This document shows, piece after piece, positions 23,955 to 32,000 of a stretch of DNA of 32,000 nt. This DNA is from Candidatus Thalassarchaeaceae archaeon. Lineage in GTDB: Archaea; Thermoplasmatota; Poseidoniia; Poseidoniales; Thalassarchaeaceae. Under the pieces are notes generated by a model, which had not been told where the DNA came from, ran no database searches, and worked only from the letters and a program-made list of their open reading frames with translations. How positions within the stretch are numbered: position 1 is the stretch's first letter; each line of letters begins with the position of its first letter. Location of the stretch: NCBI GenBank assembly GCA_045568075.1, contig JBJLBP010000001.1:1290001-1322000 (forward strand). Direction: 5' to 3'. The translations under genes and the position numbers were made by a program.

Positions 23955-24917
23955 TCACTCAACTCTAGACCCGTGACCAACGATTTTGCTATTAAGATTA
24001 GAGCCGTCATTTACTTCCGCGCCCTTACCGATTAAGCAGCCATGCAATTGACAATTAGCCCCAATAATTGCCCCTTCTAGAATAACTGAGTTGTGAATCG
24101 ATGAGCCCTCTCCTACGGTTACATTAGAGCCAAGAGAGCTCCCAATTGCTTCACCGAAATTTTCGCAACCTTCTCCAATCCATGAATCGCCGGTTACTTG
24201 ACCGGTTGCGAATCGACCAGAATTGATGCAGGCTTGGCTGGCTTCAACAAATGAAGGAGGTGTACCTGCATCAACAAACATGCCTGCGAAGGGGAATCCA
24301 TTCAACGCTCCAGTCTCGGCAATCTTCTCGTAAATGTCTCTCTCGATGCTGTGAGCTCCGTCTGGCATAAAGTCGAAAATTTCTTGCTCAAGAATATAGG
24401 TACCTGCGTTGATTAAATTGGAATATGCATCTTCTATCGCGGGTTTCTCTTGGAACCTCATTATCTTCCCTGTGTCTTCTTTGTAGTCGGCGACACCAAA
24501 GCGAGATGGGTCTTCAACTTCCCATAGGGAAATGGTTGCAATACCGCCATTTTGTTTGTGGAATTCAAGCATCTCTTCGACCTTAAGACTAGTAATCAAA
24601 TCTCCATTGATAACACAGAAAGTTCCTCCTGAAAGATGCTCTCGACAGTTTGCAATCGCCCCTCCTGTACCTAGAGGTTCGGTCTCTTCAACGATGACAA
24701 CCTCGTAGGGTAAAGGAATCTTCTCGAAATGTTCCCGTATCTGTTCTACACCATAACCAGCGGCTATCAGAACCTTGTCAACTTGAGATTCAGGCAATAC
24801 ATCTAGAACATGCTCAATCATTGACTTGTCAAGAATCGGCAATAGTGGTTTGGGGATTGTTTCAGTCCATGGACGCAAGCGAGTGCCAAAACCTCCGGCT
24901 AACACTACTACGTCCAT
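23955..24917 (-). CDS. Sugar-1-phosphate nucleotidylyltransferase (NDP-sugar pyrophosphorylase, mannose-1-P guanylyltransferase-like) with C-terminal left-handed beta-helix
   Basis: 320-aa ORF. N-terminal VVLAGGFGTRLRPWTETIPKPLLPI, then EPLGTGGAI and INAGTYIL. The C-terminal hexapeptide-like repeats are VTVGEGSSIHNSVILEGAIIGANCQLHGCLIGKGAEV. Confidence 0.8.
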   Translation of the reverse strand: MDVVVLAGGFGTRLRPWTETIPKPLLPILDKSMIEHVLDVLPESQVDKVLIAAGYGVEQIREHFEKIPLPYEVVIVEETEPLGTGGAIANCREHLSGGTFCVINGDLITSLKVEEMLEFHKQNGGIATISLWEVEDPSRFGVADYKEDTGKIMRFQEKPAIEDAYSNLINAGTYILEQEIFDFMPDGAHSIERDIYEKIAETGALNGFPFAGMFVDAGTPPSFVEASQACINSGRFATGQVTGDSWIGEGCENFGEAIGSSLGSNVTVGEGSSIHNSVILEGAIIGANCQLHGCLIGKGAEVNDGSNLNSKIVGHGSRVE

Positions 24918-25025
24918 GGTATACCGAGTTCAATTCTGACTTTCAGCACTTCGTATCCACGATGACCCCCCACACCTCACAGGCGCATCGTTGAAAGACG
25001 GGTGTTCGGTCGTCGGACCGTCGAC

Positions 25026-26234
25026 ATGAACATCCACGAGTACCAAGGTAAGCAACTGTTCCGCGAGGCGGGTGTCAAGGTGCAGGATGGCGTGCACTGC
25101 AAAAGTGTCGAAGAAGCGCTTGCTGCATACGATTCTCTTGGATCAAAGGTAGTCGCAGTCAAGAGCCAAATCCATGCCGGTGGGAGAGGAAAAGGCAACC
25201 TGTACTGCCCGACTTCTGGAGACCTCCTGATGGAGGGTGGTGTCAAGATCGCTTTCGCCCGTGATGAAGTGGAAACCTATGCTGAAAACATCCTAGGACA
25301 TATCCTCGTAACTAAGCAGACTGGACCTGCTGGGAAATTAGTTAGCAACCTCTACGTCGAGGCTGGTTGTGAAATCGCACACGAATACTACCTCGCCTTG
25401 TTAGTCGATAGAGAAGCAAAGGCAGTACTAATCATGGCCTCGACGGAAGGAGGCATGGATATCGAAGAGGTTGCCGAAAACACTCCGGAAGCAATTCACA
25501 AAATATGGGTTGACCCGGTCGCAGATTTGCTTGAATCCCAAAAGAGAAAACTGGGTATGTCCCTAGGTCTACAGGGCGCTGCCTTGGAGGACTTCTTCGG
25601 AATGATCGGAAGCCTCTACGAACTATTCGTTTCAAACGATTGCGCGATGGTAGAAATCAATCCTCTAGTTCGAACCAAGTCGGACGAAATGGTCGCTCTT
25701 GACGCCAAGGTTAGTTTCGACGAAAACGCCTTATTCCGGCACAAGGATTGGGATGAATTGAGAGATTTATCTGAAGAAGAGCCGACCGAAACTCGTGCCA
25801 AGGAAGCAGGCCTATCCTACGTCAAACTCGATGGAAATATCGGTTGCCTAGTCAACGGCGCTGGCCTTGCAATGGCATCGATGGATGTCATCAAACTGTA
25901 TGGTGGTGAGCCCGCCAACTTCCTAGATATTGGAGGAGGAGCAAATAAGGAATCAATTACTACTGCATTCGGTATCATCCTAGATGATCCTAGTGTGGAA
26001 GGTATCCTAGTGAACATCTTCGGGGGCATCATCCGCTGCGATATGGTGGCTAGAAGCATTATCGATGCATCCAGAGAGATTGGTTTGTCGGTTCCACTTG
26101 TGGTCAGATTCTCTGGCACCAACCATGTCGAAGGCAAAACTGTCCTAGATGAGAGTTCCTTGGAAGTCACTACTGTGAGTACACTAGCCGAGGGAGCTGA
26201 AGCAATTGTCGGATTGATTGGAGGTGGTCAGTGA
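25026..26234 (+). CDS. sucC: Succinyl-CoA synthetase beta subunit (ADP-forming)
   Basis: [17 protein letters not shown] is the canonical SucC N-terminus, so I place the start at ATG 25026 rather than the track's 25002. Other motifs: ATP-grasp [46 protein letters not shown]. Confidence 0.9.
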   Translation: MNIHEYQGKQLFREAGVKVQDGVHCKSVEEALAAYDSLGSKVVAVKSQIHAGGRGKGNLYCPTSGDLLMEGGVKIAFARDEVETYAENILGHILVTKQTGPAGKLVSNLYVEAGCEIAHEYYLALLVDREAKAVLIMASTEGGMDIEEVAENTPEAIHKIWVDPVADLLESQKRKLGMSLGLQGAALEDFFGMIGSLYELFVSNDCAMVEINPLVRTKSDEMVALDAKVSFDENALFRHKDWDELRDLSEEEPTETRAKEAGLSYVKLDGNIGCLVNGAGLAMASMDVIKLYGGEPANFLDIGGGANKESITTAFGIILDDPSVEGILVNIFGGIIRCDMVARSIIDASREIGLSVPLVVRFSGTNHVEGKTVLDESSLEVTTVSTLAEGAEAIVGLIGGGQ

Positions 26235-27157
26235 TGGCAATTTGGCTTCAAGAAGATTCGAAACTACTGATTCAGGGGATCACTGGCTCGCAAGGCAGAT
26301 TCCATGGGAAGATGATGGTCGAATACGGCACCAATGTAGTCGGTGGAGTAACTCCTGGGAAGGGAGGTCAAACCGTCGATTTGGCTGACCGAGAGGTTCC
26401 CGTCTTTGACGGAATGCACGAGGCGATTAGCAAAACAGATGCTGACGCCTCGGTGATTTACGTGCCAGCTAGATTCGCAGCCTCGGCAATCATCGAAGCT
26501 GCCGATGCGTTCAACGAAATCAAGGGAGAGGGACTGATAGTTTGTATCACCGAGGGTATTCCAACCCTCGATATGGTCCGAGCAGTCGGACATATCTCAA
26601 AGAGCCCTGGAATCAGGCTGATTGGGCCAAATTGCCCGGGAATCATCACGCCCGGAGAAGATGGGGGCTGCAAGGTCGGAATCATGCCCGGATATATCCA
26701 CGCAAAGGGAAGAATCGGTGTCATCTCGAAATCTGGCACCCTCACATACGAGGCAGTGGCTCAGACGATGAGCGTAGGCGAAGGTCAGACCACATGCATC
26801 GGAATTGGTGGAGACCCTGTCAGTGGAACTGGGTTCATCGACTGCCTAGCGGCTTTCGAGGAGGATTCTGAGACTGAGGCAGTGGTGATGATTGGTGAGA
26901 TTGGCGGTACTGCCGAGGAGGAGGCAGCGGCTTGGGTCGCAGATAACTTCAGCAAACCGATTGTCGGCTTCGTGGCTGGGGCGACTGCTCCACCCGGCAA
27001 AAGAATGGGGCATGCCGGTGCAATCATTTCGGGCGGCAAAGGAACAGCCGCTGAGAAATTCGCTGCTTTTGAGGCGGCTGGAATCCATATCGCACGCGAC
27101 CCTTCAGAGATAGGAGCGGTTCTCAAGGTCGCTCTCGAACAAGCCGGTCTTCTCTGA
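26234..27157 (+). CDS. sucD: Succinyl-CoA synthetase alpha subunit
   Basis: [32 protein letters not shown] and GIGGDP, plus the phospho-His loop [10 protein letters not shown]. The ATG at 26234 overlaps the sucC TGA by 1 nt (GTGATG). GTG 26231 is an alternative start. Confidence 0.9.
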   Translation: MAIWLQEDSKLLIQGITGSQGRFHGKMMVEYGTNVVGGVTPGKGGQTVDLADREVPVFDGMHEAISKTDADASVIYVPARFAASAIIEAADAFNEIKGEGLIVCITEGIPTLDMVRAVGHISKSPGIRLIGPNCPGIITPGEDGGCKVGIMPGYIHAKGRIGVISKSGTLTYEAVAQTMSVGEGQTTCIGIGGDPVSGTGFIDCLAAFEEDSETEAVVMIGEIGGTAEEEAAAWVADNFSKPIVGFVAGATAPPGKRMGHAGAIISGGKGTAAEKFAAFEAAGIHIARDPSEIGAVLKVALEQAGLL

Positions 27158-27163
27158 AGACCG
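27145..27163 (+). terminator. Short hairpin spanning the sucD stop codon
   Basis: cggtcttc-tct-gaagaccg, an 8-bp stem with a 3-nt loop. No following T-run, so terminator function is uncertain. Confidence 0.2.
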
Positions 27164-27221
27164 ACTCCTCGCCCTATCGTATCGCGCAGAGTCTTAGACC
27201 GAATGATGCGGCTCAACCACT

Positions 27222-28685
27222 GTGAGTCAGGAGTCTCCAGTAGTCGTTGTCGGCGGCGGCTTGGCCGGAAGCGCCTGTGCTCTTGCACTCGCAGGCAGAG
27301 GGCAACGGGTCACTCTCATCGAAGCATCAGCAATGCTTGGAGGTCGTGTTGCGAGTATCCAGCTACCTGGAATCGAGCGCCCGATAGACAATGGCCAGCA
27401 TGTCGCATTCAGAATCTACGGTCGATTCCTGCAACTCCTCGCAACATGTGAAGCACGAGACATCATCAAGTTACAGAAGCAGACTAAACTGCCCTATCTC
27501 GAGGTCGAAAAAGGCACAATCTCTACAATTCGCTCTGGTAATCTGCCACCACCTAACCACCTATCGGCATCATTGCTCAACGTAAGTTTCCTCAAACTGG
27601 GTGACAAGATTGCCATGCAAAAGGTGGTTAAGGAACTATACAAAATGGACGAGAATCGCCGGCGCGGCCTCGACGATACTACCTTCCTTGATTGGCTGCG
27701 CAATAGCGGCCAAACCGAGCGGTCAATCACCAGATTCTGGGACCCACTTGTCCGCACAACCCTCAACATCGATTCCAGCCAAGCCAGCGCTGCATCGGCT
27801 GCATTCATTTTCAAACGCGGACTATTCGGTGAAGCCGATGCGTTTGATGTCGGATCATTCGCCAAAGACCTATCAAAATCACTCTCACCGGCTCTGCGTA
27901 GAACCCTTGCATCCGCCGGAGTAGAAGTCCAAGTCTCAACCCCAGTGACCTCACTCTATCGAGAAGCAGGAAGAGTCACTGGAGTCACCACCAGAGATGG
28001 AATGATTGCAGCATCAACAGTCATCCTCTGCACACCGAGTTCAGTTACAGCAAGATTGCTTACCGGCTCTGGAGCAAGTGTCGCATCGCATGAGGTAGCC
28101 GATCGTCTAGCGGGCCTAGGAAACACTGCACGGATCGCTATCCACGCCTTCCATGAGGGACCGATTCTACCTGCAGGAACACACTTTGTTAGCTGCTGTG
28201 ACGAGCCAATAATTCAGACACTCTTCGATCGTTCGGCAGAACTCGATGATGGAGAAAGAGGAGGGCTGCCGGGACATTGGATGAGCGTTCTAGTATCCTA
28301 CGCCGACCCTTACCTCGACTGGGACGATGAACTCATCCAAAACGAGTACGAACGGGTAATCGAAACCGCATTCCCACAAGCACCCGGAATCGTCTCATTC
28401 CATGTCATCCGCAACAAGCATGCAACAACATCTCTGCGAATCGGCGCCCAACGCCTGCGCCCAGACCCGCTCGACGCAGGAGAAGGAGTCATACTCGGGG
28501 GAGATTGGATAGACATTGATTGGCCAAGCACAATGGAGGGAGCGAGTAGGGCAGGACTCACCGCAGCAGCAGCCCTACTTGAGCAGAGAGGTAATGCAGA
28601 ATTCAGAGGCTGGAAGCACGACTCAGAGTGGCCTGACTGGCCAGAAGCACCGCGAAGAGGAGCCGAAGGTTGGAGGGAGTGGTAA
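27222..28685 (+). CDS. FAD-dependent amine-oxidase-family desaturase, HpnE-like (hydroxysqualene dehydroxylase) or PDS-type carotenoid desaturase
   Basis: 487-aa ORF with a GTG start. Dinucleotide-binding VVVVGGGLAGSACALALAGRGQRVTLIEASAMLGGRV, followed by IDNGQHVAFRIYGRFLQLL, which I recall as characteristic of the HpnE/PDS branch. C-terminal GGDWIDIDWPSTMEGASRAG. It lies directly upstream of two squalene/phytoene synthase paralogues. Confidence 0.6.
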   Translation: MSQESPVVVVGGGLAGSACALALAGRGQRVTLIEASAMLGGRVASIQLPGIERPIDNGQHVAFRIYGRFLQLLATCEARDIIKLQKQTKLPYLEVEKGTISTIRSGNLPPPNHLSASLLNVSFLKLGDKIAMQKVVKELYKMDENRRRGLDDTTFLDWLRNSGQTERSITRFWDPLVRTTLNIDSSQASAASAAFIFKRGLFGEADAFDVGSFAKDLSKSLSPALRRTLASAGVEVQVSTPVTSLYREAGRVTGVTTRDGMIAASTVILCTPSSVTARLLTGSGASVASHEVADRLAGLGNTARIAIHAFHEGPILPAGTHFVSCCDEPIIQTLFDRSAELDDGERGGLPGHWMSVLVSYADPYLDWDDELIQNEYERVIETAFPQAPGIVSFHVIRNKHATTSLRIGAQRLRPDPLDAGEGVILGGDWIDIDWPSTMEGASRAGLTAAAALLEQRGNAEFRGWKHDSEWPDWPEAPRRGAEGWREW

Positions 28686-28723
28686 GTGCTCCGAAGTGCG
28701 AAGGACTCAACAAATGAACCAAA

Positions 28724-29764
28724 GTGGCCAGACCGGGTGAAGAGATGGCAGAAGTAATCAACTCGCACATCGATGGCTTACTCAAAGCCACATCACGCTC
28801 ATTCCATCTGACTCTCACAACGCTACCGAAAACCGTTCGTGACCAATTTGGACTACTCTACTTACTCGCTCGCCTTGCCGACACAATTGCCGACTCGAAG
28901 ACTGAAAATGCGGAGGCGTTGATTGAAGCGCTCGACGGCTATCATGGTTTACTCGTTGATGACGAAGCCGTCGACCTCAGCGACATCGCATCTATTCAAG
29001 AGGATCCTGATGAGAAGAGGCTGCTTGAGAATCTCGATTCAGTGATTGCAGCTTACCGTGCGATGTCGTCCGAGGATGCTGTCCTAATGCAGCGATGTCT
29101 TGACATAATCATCTCAGGACAGCGCCTCGATCTCGTCAGATTCGGTGCTTTGGGGTCTGATTTGACGACTCTTGAGAACGACGTGGAATTGGATGATTAT
29201 GCTTACCGCGTTGCCGGTAGTGTCGGCGAGTTCTGGACGGCGATTACACTCTTACACGAACTCGACGGTGGAGTTACAGACACAGAAACTTTCGACGCTC
29301 TTGGGGTACGCTTTGGCAAGGCTTTGCAGATGACGAATATCCTGCGCGATATCCCCGCGGACATCGCACTAGGTAGATGCTACATTCCTAGCCAGCGACT
29401 TGCTGAATTTGGTATGACTCATGAGGACCTAAGAAATCCTGAGTCGATCTCAGCATTCAGACCGCTCTACAATTTCTATCTCGACCTCGCCTGCGACCAT
29501 TACGAGGCGGCCATCCGCTACATCCGAATGATTCCTCGAAAGCACCACAATCTTCGGTTGGCCTGTATCCTCCCAGTAGCCATCGGTCTAGACACTCTTT
29601 CGCTGCTCCGAACAGGCAATGTCCTCGACGCCGGAGAACGCATCAAAGTTAGTCGTGGCAGAATCAAGAGAATCGCTGCACTGAGCGCTACCGGGACACG
29701 CTTGAAAGTCCTTGAAGACCGTCTCCTCAACAAGGCTTTAGCGAAAGCCCGAAAGCCACTCTGA
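28724..29764 (+). CDS. Squalene/phytoene synthase family protein, squalene-synthase-like (SRSF and DTIAD motifs)
   Basis: 346-aa ORF. ATSRSFHLTLTTLP and YLLARLADTIADS give a DxxxD first Asp-rich motif of the eukaryote-SQS DT(L/V)ED flavour. SGQRLDL sits in the second motif position. GKALQMTNILRDIPADIALGRCYIP is the family signature. An ATG at 28745 is an alternative start. Confidence 0.65.
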   Translation: MARPGEEMAEVINSHIDGLLKATSRSFHLTLTTLPKTVRDQFGLLYLLARLADTIADSKTENAEALIEALDGYHGLLVDDEAVDLSDIASIQEDPDEKRLLENLDSVIAAYRAMSSEDAVLMQRCLDIIISGQRLDLVRFGALGSDLTTLENDVELDDYAYRVAGSVGEFWTAITLLHELDGGVTDTETFDALGVRFGKALQMTNILRDIPADIALGRCYIPSQRLAEFGMTHEDLRNPESISAFRPLYNFYLDLACDHYEAAIRYIRMIPRKHHNLRLACILPVAIGLDTLSLLRTGNVLDAGERIKVSRGRIKRIAALSATGTRLKVLEDRLLNKALAKARKPL

Positions 29765-29809
29765 GTTCAATTCTCCAAGCCTCGGCTAATCCTACCTAGA
29801 ACCTCCTCA

Positions 29810-29827
29810 AGGCCGCTGAAGCGGCCT
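29810..29827 (+). promoter_or_regulatory. Hairpin between the two synthase genes
   Basis: aggccgc-tgaa-gcggcct, a 7-bp stem with a 4-nt loop. It starts 46 nt after the upstream stop codon, and its end is 15 nt before the GTG of the next ORF. Confidence 0.25.
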
Positions 29828-29841
29828 GCACGCGCGCGAGG

Positions 29842-31137
29842 GTGAGGTTCAAGTGCGAGTCATGTGGGCTCGCGTCAGGCATCACCATGTCACAGCGCTC
29901 GAGAACCGATCCCGAGACGGGAGTGCGGTATGACCTCGAGCGTAGCATATCTATCGTAGATCCTGATGTTCAGCCTGAAGGAATCGAGGTCGTACGATCT
30001 GCAGTCAGTATGACTCGTGAAGCAGGTCGAGCAATTTCGATTACTGCCCTCGAGACGATTCGGGAAGGAGCTCGATTCATGGGTGTCCTAGGCTCTCGAG
30101 GAGAACTCCTCAACCCATTCGGGCACATCGATGCTGCAATCTGGTCGGAAACCGATGTGCCGGAATACATGGTTGAAGCAGCTTACGACTACTGTGAGGA
30201 ATTAACTCGCGTCGAGGCTGGCAACTTTTACCACTCGTTCAAGTATCTACCAAACGAGGCACGTCGCGCCATCTGCGCTTACTACGCCTTCTGCCGGCGC
30301 GCCGACGACATCGCCGACGGAGATTATGTTGATTCATTCCCTGGAGGTTCTTCCGACGATCCTGAATCAATCGAATACAGGGCCGATATTGAGCGTTTGA
30401 CTGGGAGTAGCCCGGTCGTTACTCGTGACCATTACGACGACCGGATGTCACAACTGTTCTACTATCGAAAGAAGCTCTCAACCGCTTACGGACAAATCAC
30501 ATCGACAGATCCAATTTTCATTGCTCTCAAAGATACGATTCGACGCTACAACATCCCGAGGCAGCTGTTAGACGACATGATTAGTGGAATGGAAGATGAC
30601 TTTCACCGAAACCGCTACGAGACTTTTGAAGAACTCTACTCCTACTGTTACCGAGTGGCCTCTACGGTCGGACTGGTCTGCATCGAGATTTACGGCTATG
30701 ATGACCTAGAAGCTCGCGAATTCTCTGAATCATGGGGTATTTTCATGCAAATGACGAATATCATTCGCGACGTCGCTGAGGATGCCGAGCGCGACAGAAT
30801 TTACCTTCCGATGGAGGACCTGCGCCGCTACGGCATCAGCGAGCAGGATGTGAAGAGCGGCGCTGACCTGCTCAAGCACCCTGGATGGAAGCCATTCGTC
30901 GAGGAGTACATTTCGCGGGCGGAGACTTACCGAGATAAGGCGTTCAAATTGCTACCACTGCTCGACCGACAGTCACGTTATTCGCCCGCAGCAATGATGG
31001 CTTTTTACGAATCGATCCTAAAGAAAATCAACAAGAGTGAAGGGGATGTTTTCACTCAGCGCGTACAGCTTTCGAAGGCGGAGAAGATTACTCTAGCTGC
31101 TTACGTGTACACACGTTACCGCTTCCTTGCTCTTTGA
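29842..31137 (+). CDS. Phytoene/presqualene-diphosphate synthase family protein (CrtB/HpnD-like) with ~110-aa N-terminal extension
   Basis: 431-aa ORF. GNFYHSFKYLPNEARRAICAYYAFCRRADDIADG gives the first Asp-rich motif, ISGMEDDF the second, and GIFMQMTNIIRDVAEDAERDRIYLP the family signature. The start is uncertain: GTG 29842, ATG 29887, or as late as ATG 30169. Confidence 0.7.
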   Translation: MRFKCESCGLASGITMSQRSRTDPETGVRYDLERSISIVDPDVQPEGIEVVRSAVSMTREAGRAISITALETIREGARFMGVLGSRGELLNPFGHIDAAIWSETDVPEYMVEAAYDYCEELTRVEAGNFYHSFKYLPNEARRAICAYYAFCRRADDIADGDYVDSFPGGSSDDPESIEYRADIERLTGSSPVVTRDHYDDRMSQLFYYRKKLSTAYGQITSTDPIFIALKDTIRRYNIPRQLLDDMISGMEDDFHRNRYETFEELYSYCYRVASTVGLVCIEIYGYDDLEAREFSESWGIFMQMTNIIRDVAEDAERDRIYLPMEDLRRYGISEQDVKSGADLLKHPGWKPFVEEYISRAETYRDKAFKLLPLLDRQSRYSPAAMMAFYESILKKINKSEGDVFTQRVQLSKAEKITLAAYVYTRYRFLAL

Positions 31138-31207
31138 GCCGGAAGCGGCTTGTATTGGACAAGTCTCAAGGGAAGATTATCGGGCGGAGCAAACAGGAGG
31201 GGTATGT

Positions 31208-32000
31208 ATGAGGGTCGCTGTTCTGCTCGAGGATCGCTGTCAGCCCAAGAAATGCAACGCAGAATGCTGGGCTTTTTGCCCGCCCGTCCGCAACGGAATC
31301 GAGTGCATCGTGCTCGATGATTCAAGTGGTAAGCCGTTGGTTTCAGAGCCGCTGTGTATCGGTTGCGGTATTTGTGTCAACAAGTGTCCATTCGACGCAC
31401 TGATTATTACAAATCTACCCGAGGAACTCGATGGAGACATGACTCACCGATATGGTGAGAATGGATTCCGCTTGTTCCGTCTGCCCGCACCTCGCGAGGA
31501 GCAAGTTGTAGGCATCCTCGGACCCAACGGGATGGGGAAATCCACCGCAATCAATCTACTCTCAGGCGCACTACGACCGAATCTTGGTGACTGGACCATC
31601 GACTCTCGTGACTGGACCGAAATCATCGAATCATTCCCTCGCGGAGAGTTGCGCGATTATCTGACGATGGTCGCTGAGGAAGGTGTGAAGATTGCTGTGA
31701 AGCCACAGTACATCGACAAGCTACCGAAAATCTTCGAAGGAAAAGCCAGAGAATTGCTGGAACGCGTCGATGACCGCGGTGAAATACAAGAATATGCTGA
31801 ACTACTCGCCATCGATCACATTTTGGATCGCACTCTGGGTCAATTGTCAGGAGGAGAATTACAGCGAGTGGCGATGGCTGCTACTCTGCTCAAGGAGGCC
31901 GACGTCTACTTCTTCGACGAGCCTTCGTCATACCTTGATATTCACGAGCGCATGCGTGTTGTGGGCATAATCCAAGGAATGGTTGAGCGCGGTAAGCGAA
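31208..32000 (+). CDS. abcE1: ABCE1 / RNase L inhibitor (ribosome recycling ATPase), 3' end truncated by window edge
   Basis: Absent from the ORF track because it has no stop in the window. Manual translation from ATG 31208 gives MRVAVLLEDRCQPKKCNAECWAFCPPVRNG...CIGCGICVNKCPFDALIITNLP (two Fe-S cluster motifs). Then come Walker A GILGPNGMGKST, signature LSGGELQRVAMAA and Walker B YFFDEPSSYLD. GGAGG lies 8-12 nt upstream. Confidence 0.9.
   Translation, partial: MRVAVLLEDRCQPKKCNAECWAFCPPVRNGIECIVLDDSSGKPLVSEPLCIGCGICVNKCPFDALIITNLPEELDGDMTHRYGENGFRLFRLPAPREEQVVGILGPNGMGKSTAINLLSGALRPNLGDWTIDSRDWTEIIESFPRGELRDYLTMVAEEGVKIAVKPQYIDKLPKIFEGKARELLERVDDRGEIQEYAELLAIDHILDRTLGQLSGGELQRVAMAATLLKEADVYFFDEPSSYLDIHERMRVVGIIQGMVERGKR

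Noticed and set aside
18919-24966. 8-bp direct repeat acgatgac at both edges of the low-GC block (18919-18926 and 24959-24966) as possible att sites
   Set aside because: The repeat is too short to be significant in two ~50-80-bp spacers. There is no integrase, and the repeat does not extend.
1-32000. CRISPR arrays, IS elements/transposases, integrases, rRNA
   Set aside because: No spaced direct repeats, terminal inverted repeats, DDE/tyrosine-recombinase-like ORFs or rRNA-like sequence were recognised anywhere in the window on reading both strands.

Overview
The window reads as a compact archaeal chromosome segment. Archaeal markers are ribosomal protein eL41, ABCE1/RLI, an archaeo-eukaryotic primase, a short archaeal-type triosephosphate isomerase, split glutamate-synthase domains, and TATA-like boxes about 25-30 nt upstream of starts. 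Gene content suggests a marine planktonic Thermoplasmatota-like (MGII/III-like) organism, but that is inference only.

Gene order, left to right:
- A three-gene glutamate-synthase-like operon on the minus strand. Its last gene runs off the left edge and is absent from the ORF track.
- An MFS transporter.
- A six-gene Opp/Dpp-type peptide ABC importer operon on the minus strand. All its subunits are unusually large.
- tRNA-Ala(GGC), a SprT-like metalloprotease, a membrane protein and tRNA-Arg(UCU).
- A 35-codon eL41 gene missed by the ORF track.
- A Cas4-like Fe-S/PD-(D/E)XK-fold protein, then tpiA.
- A roughly 6 kb low-GC block holding an AEP primase-like protein, a membrane AN1-like zinc-finger protein, a 928-aa SF2 helicase and a sugar-phosphate nucleotidyltransferase.
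- sucCD.
- An FAD-desaturase plus two squalene/phytoene-synthase paralogues, an HpnCDE-like triad.
- The 5' part of ABCE1, running off the right edge.

No CRISPR array, integrase, transposase or rRNA was seen.

The three best candidates for something undescribed are:
1. The low-GC primase/AN1/helicase/NTase block.
2. The peptide ABC transporter, whose ATPase (OppD-like) and permease (OppC-like) carry even-numbered bundles of inserted transmembrane helices.
3. The HpnE-like/SQS-like/PSY-like triterpenoid cluster in an archaeal context.

All functional calls rest on motif recognition by eye. No database search was run.
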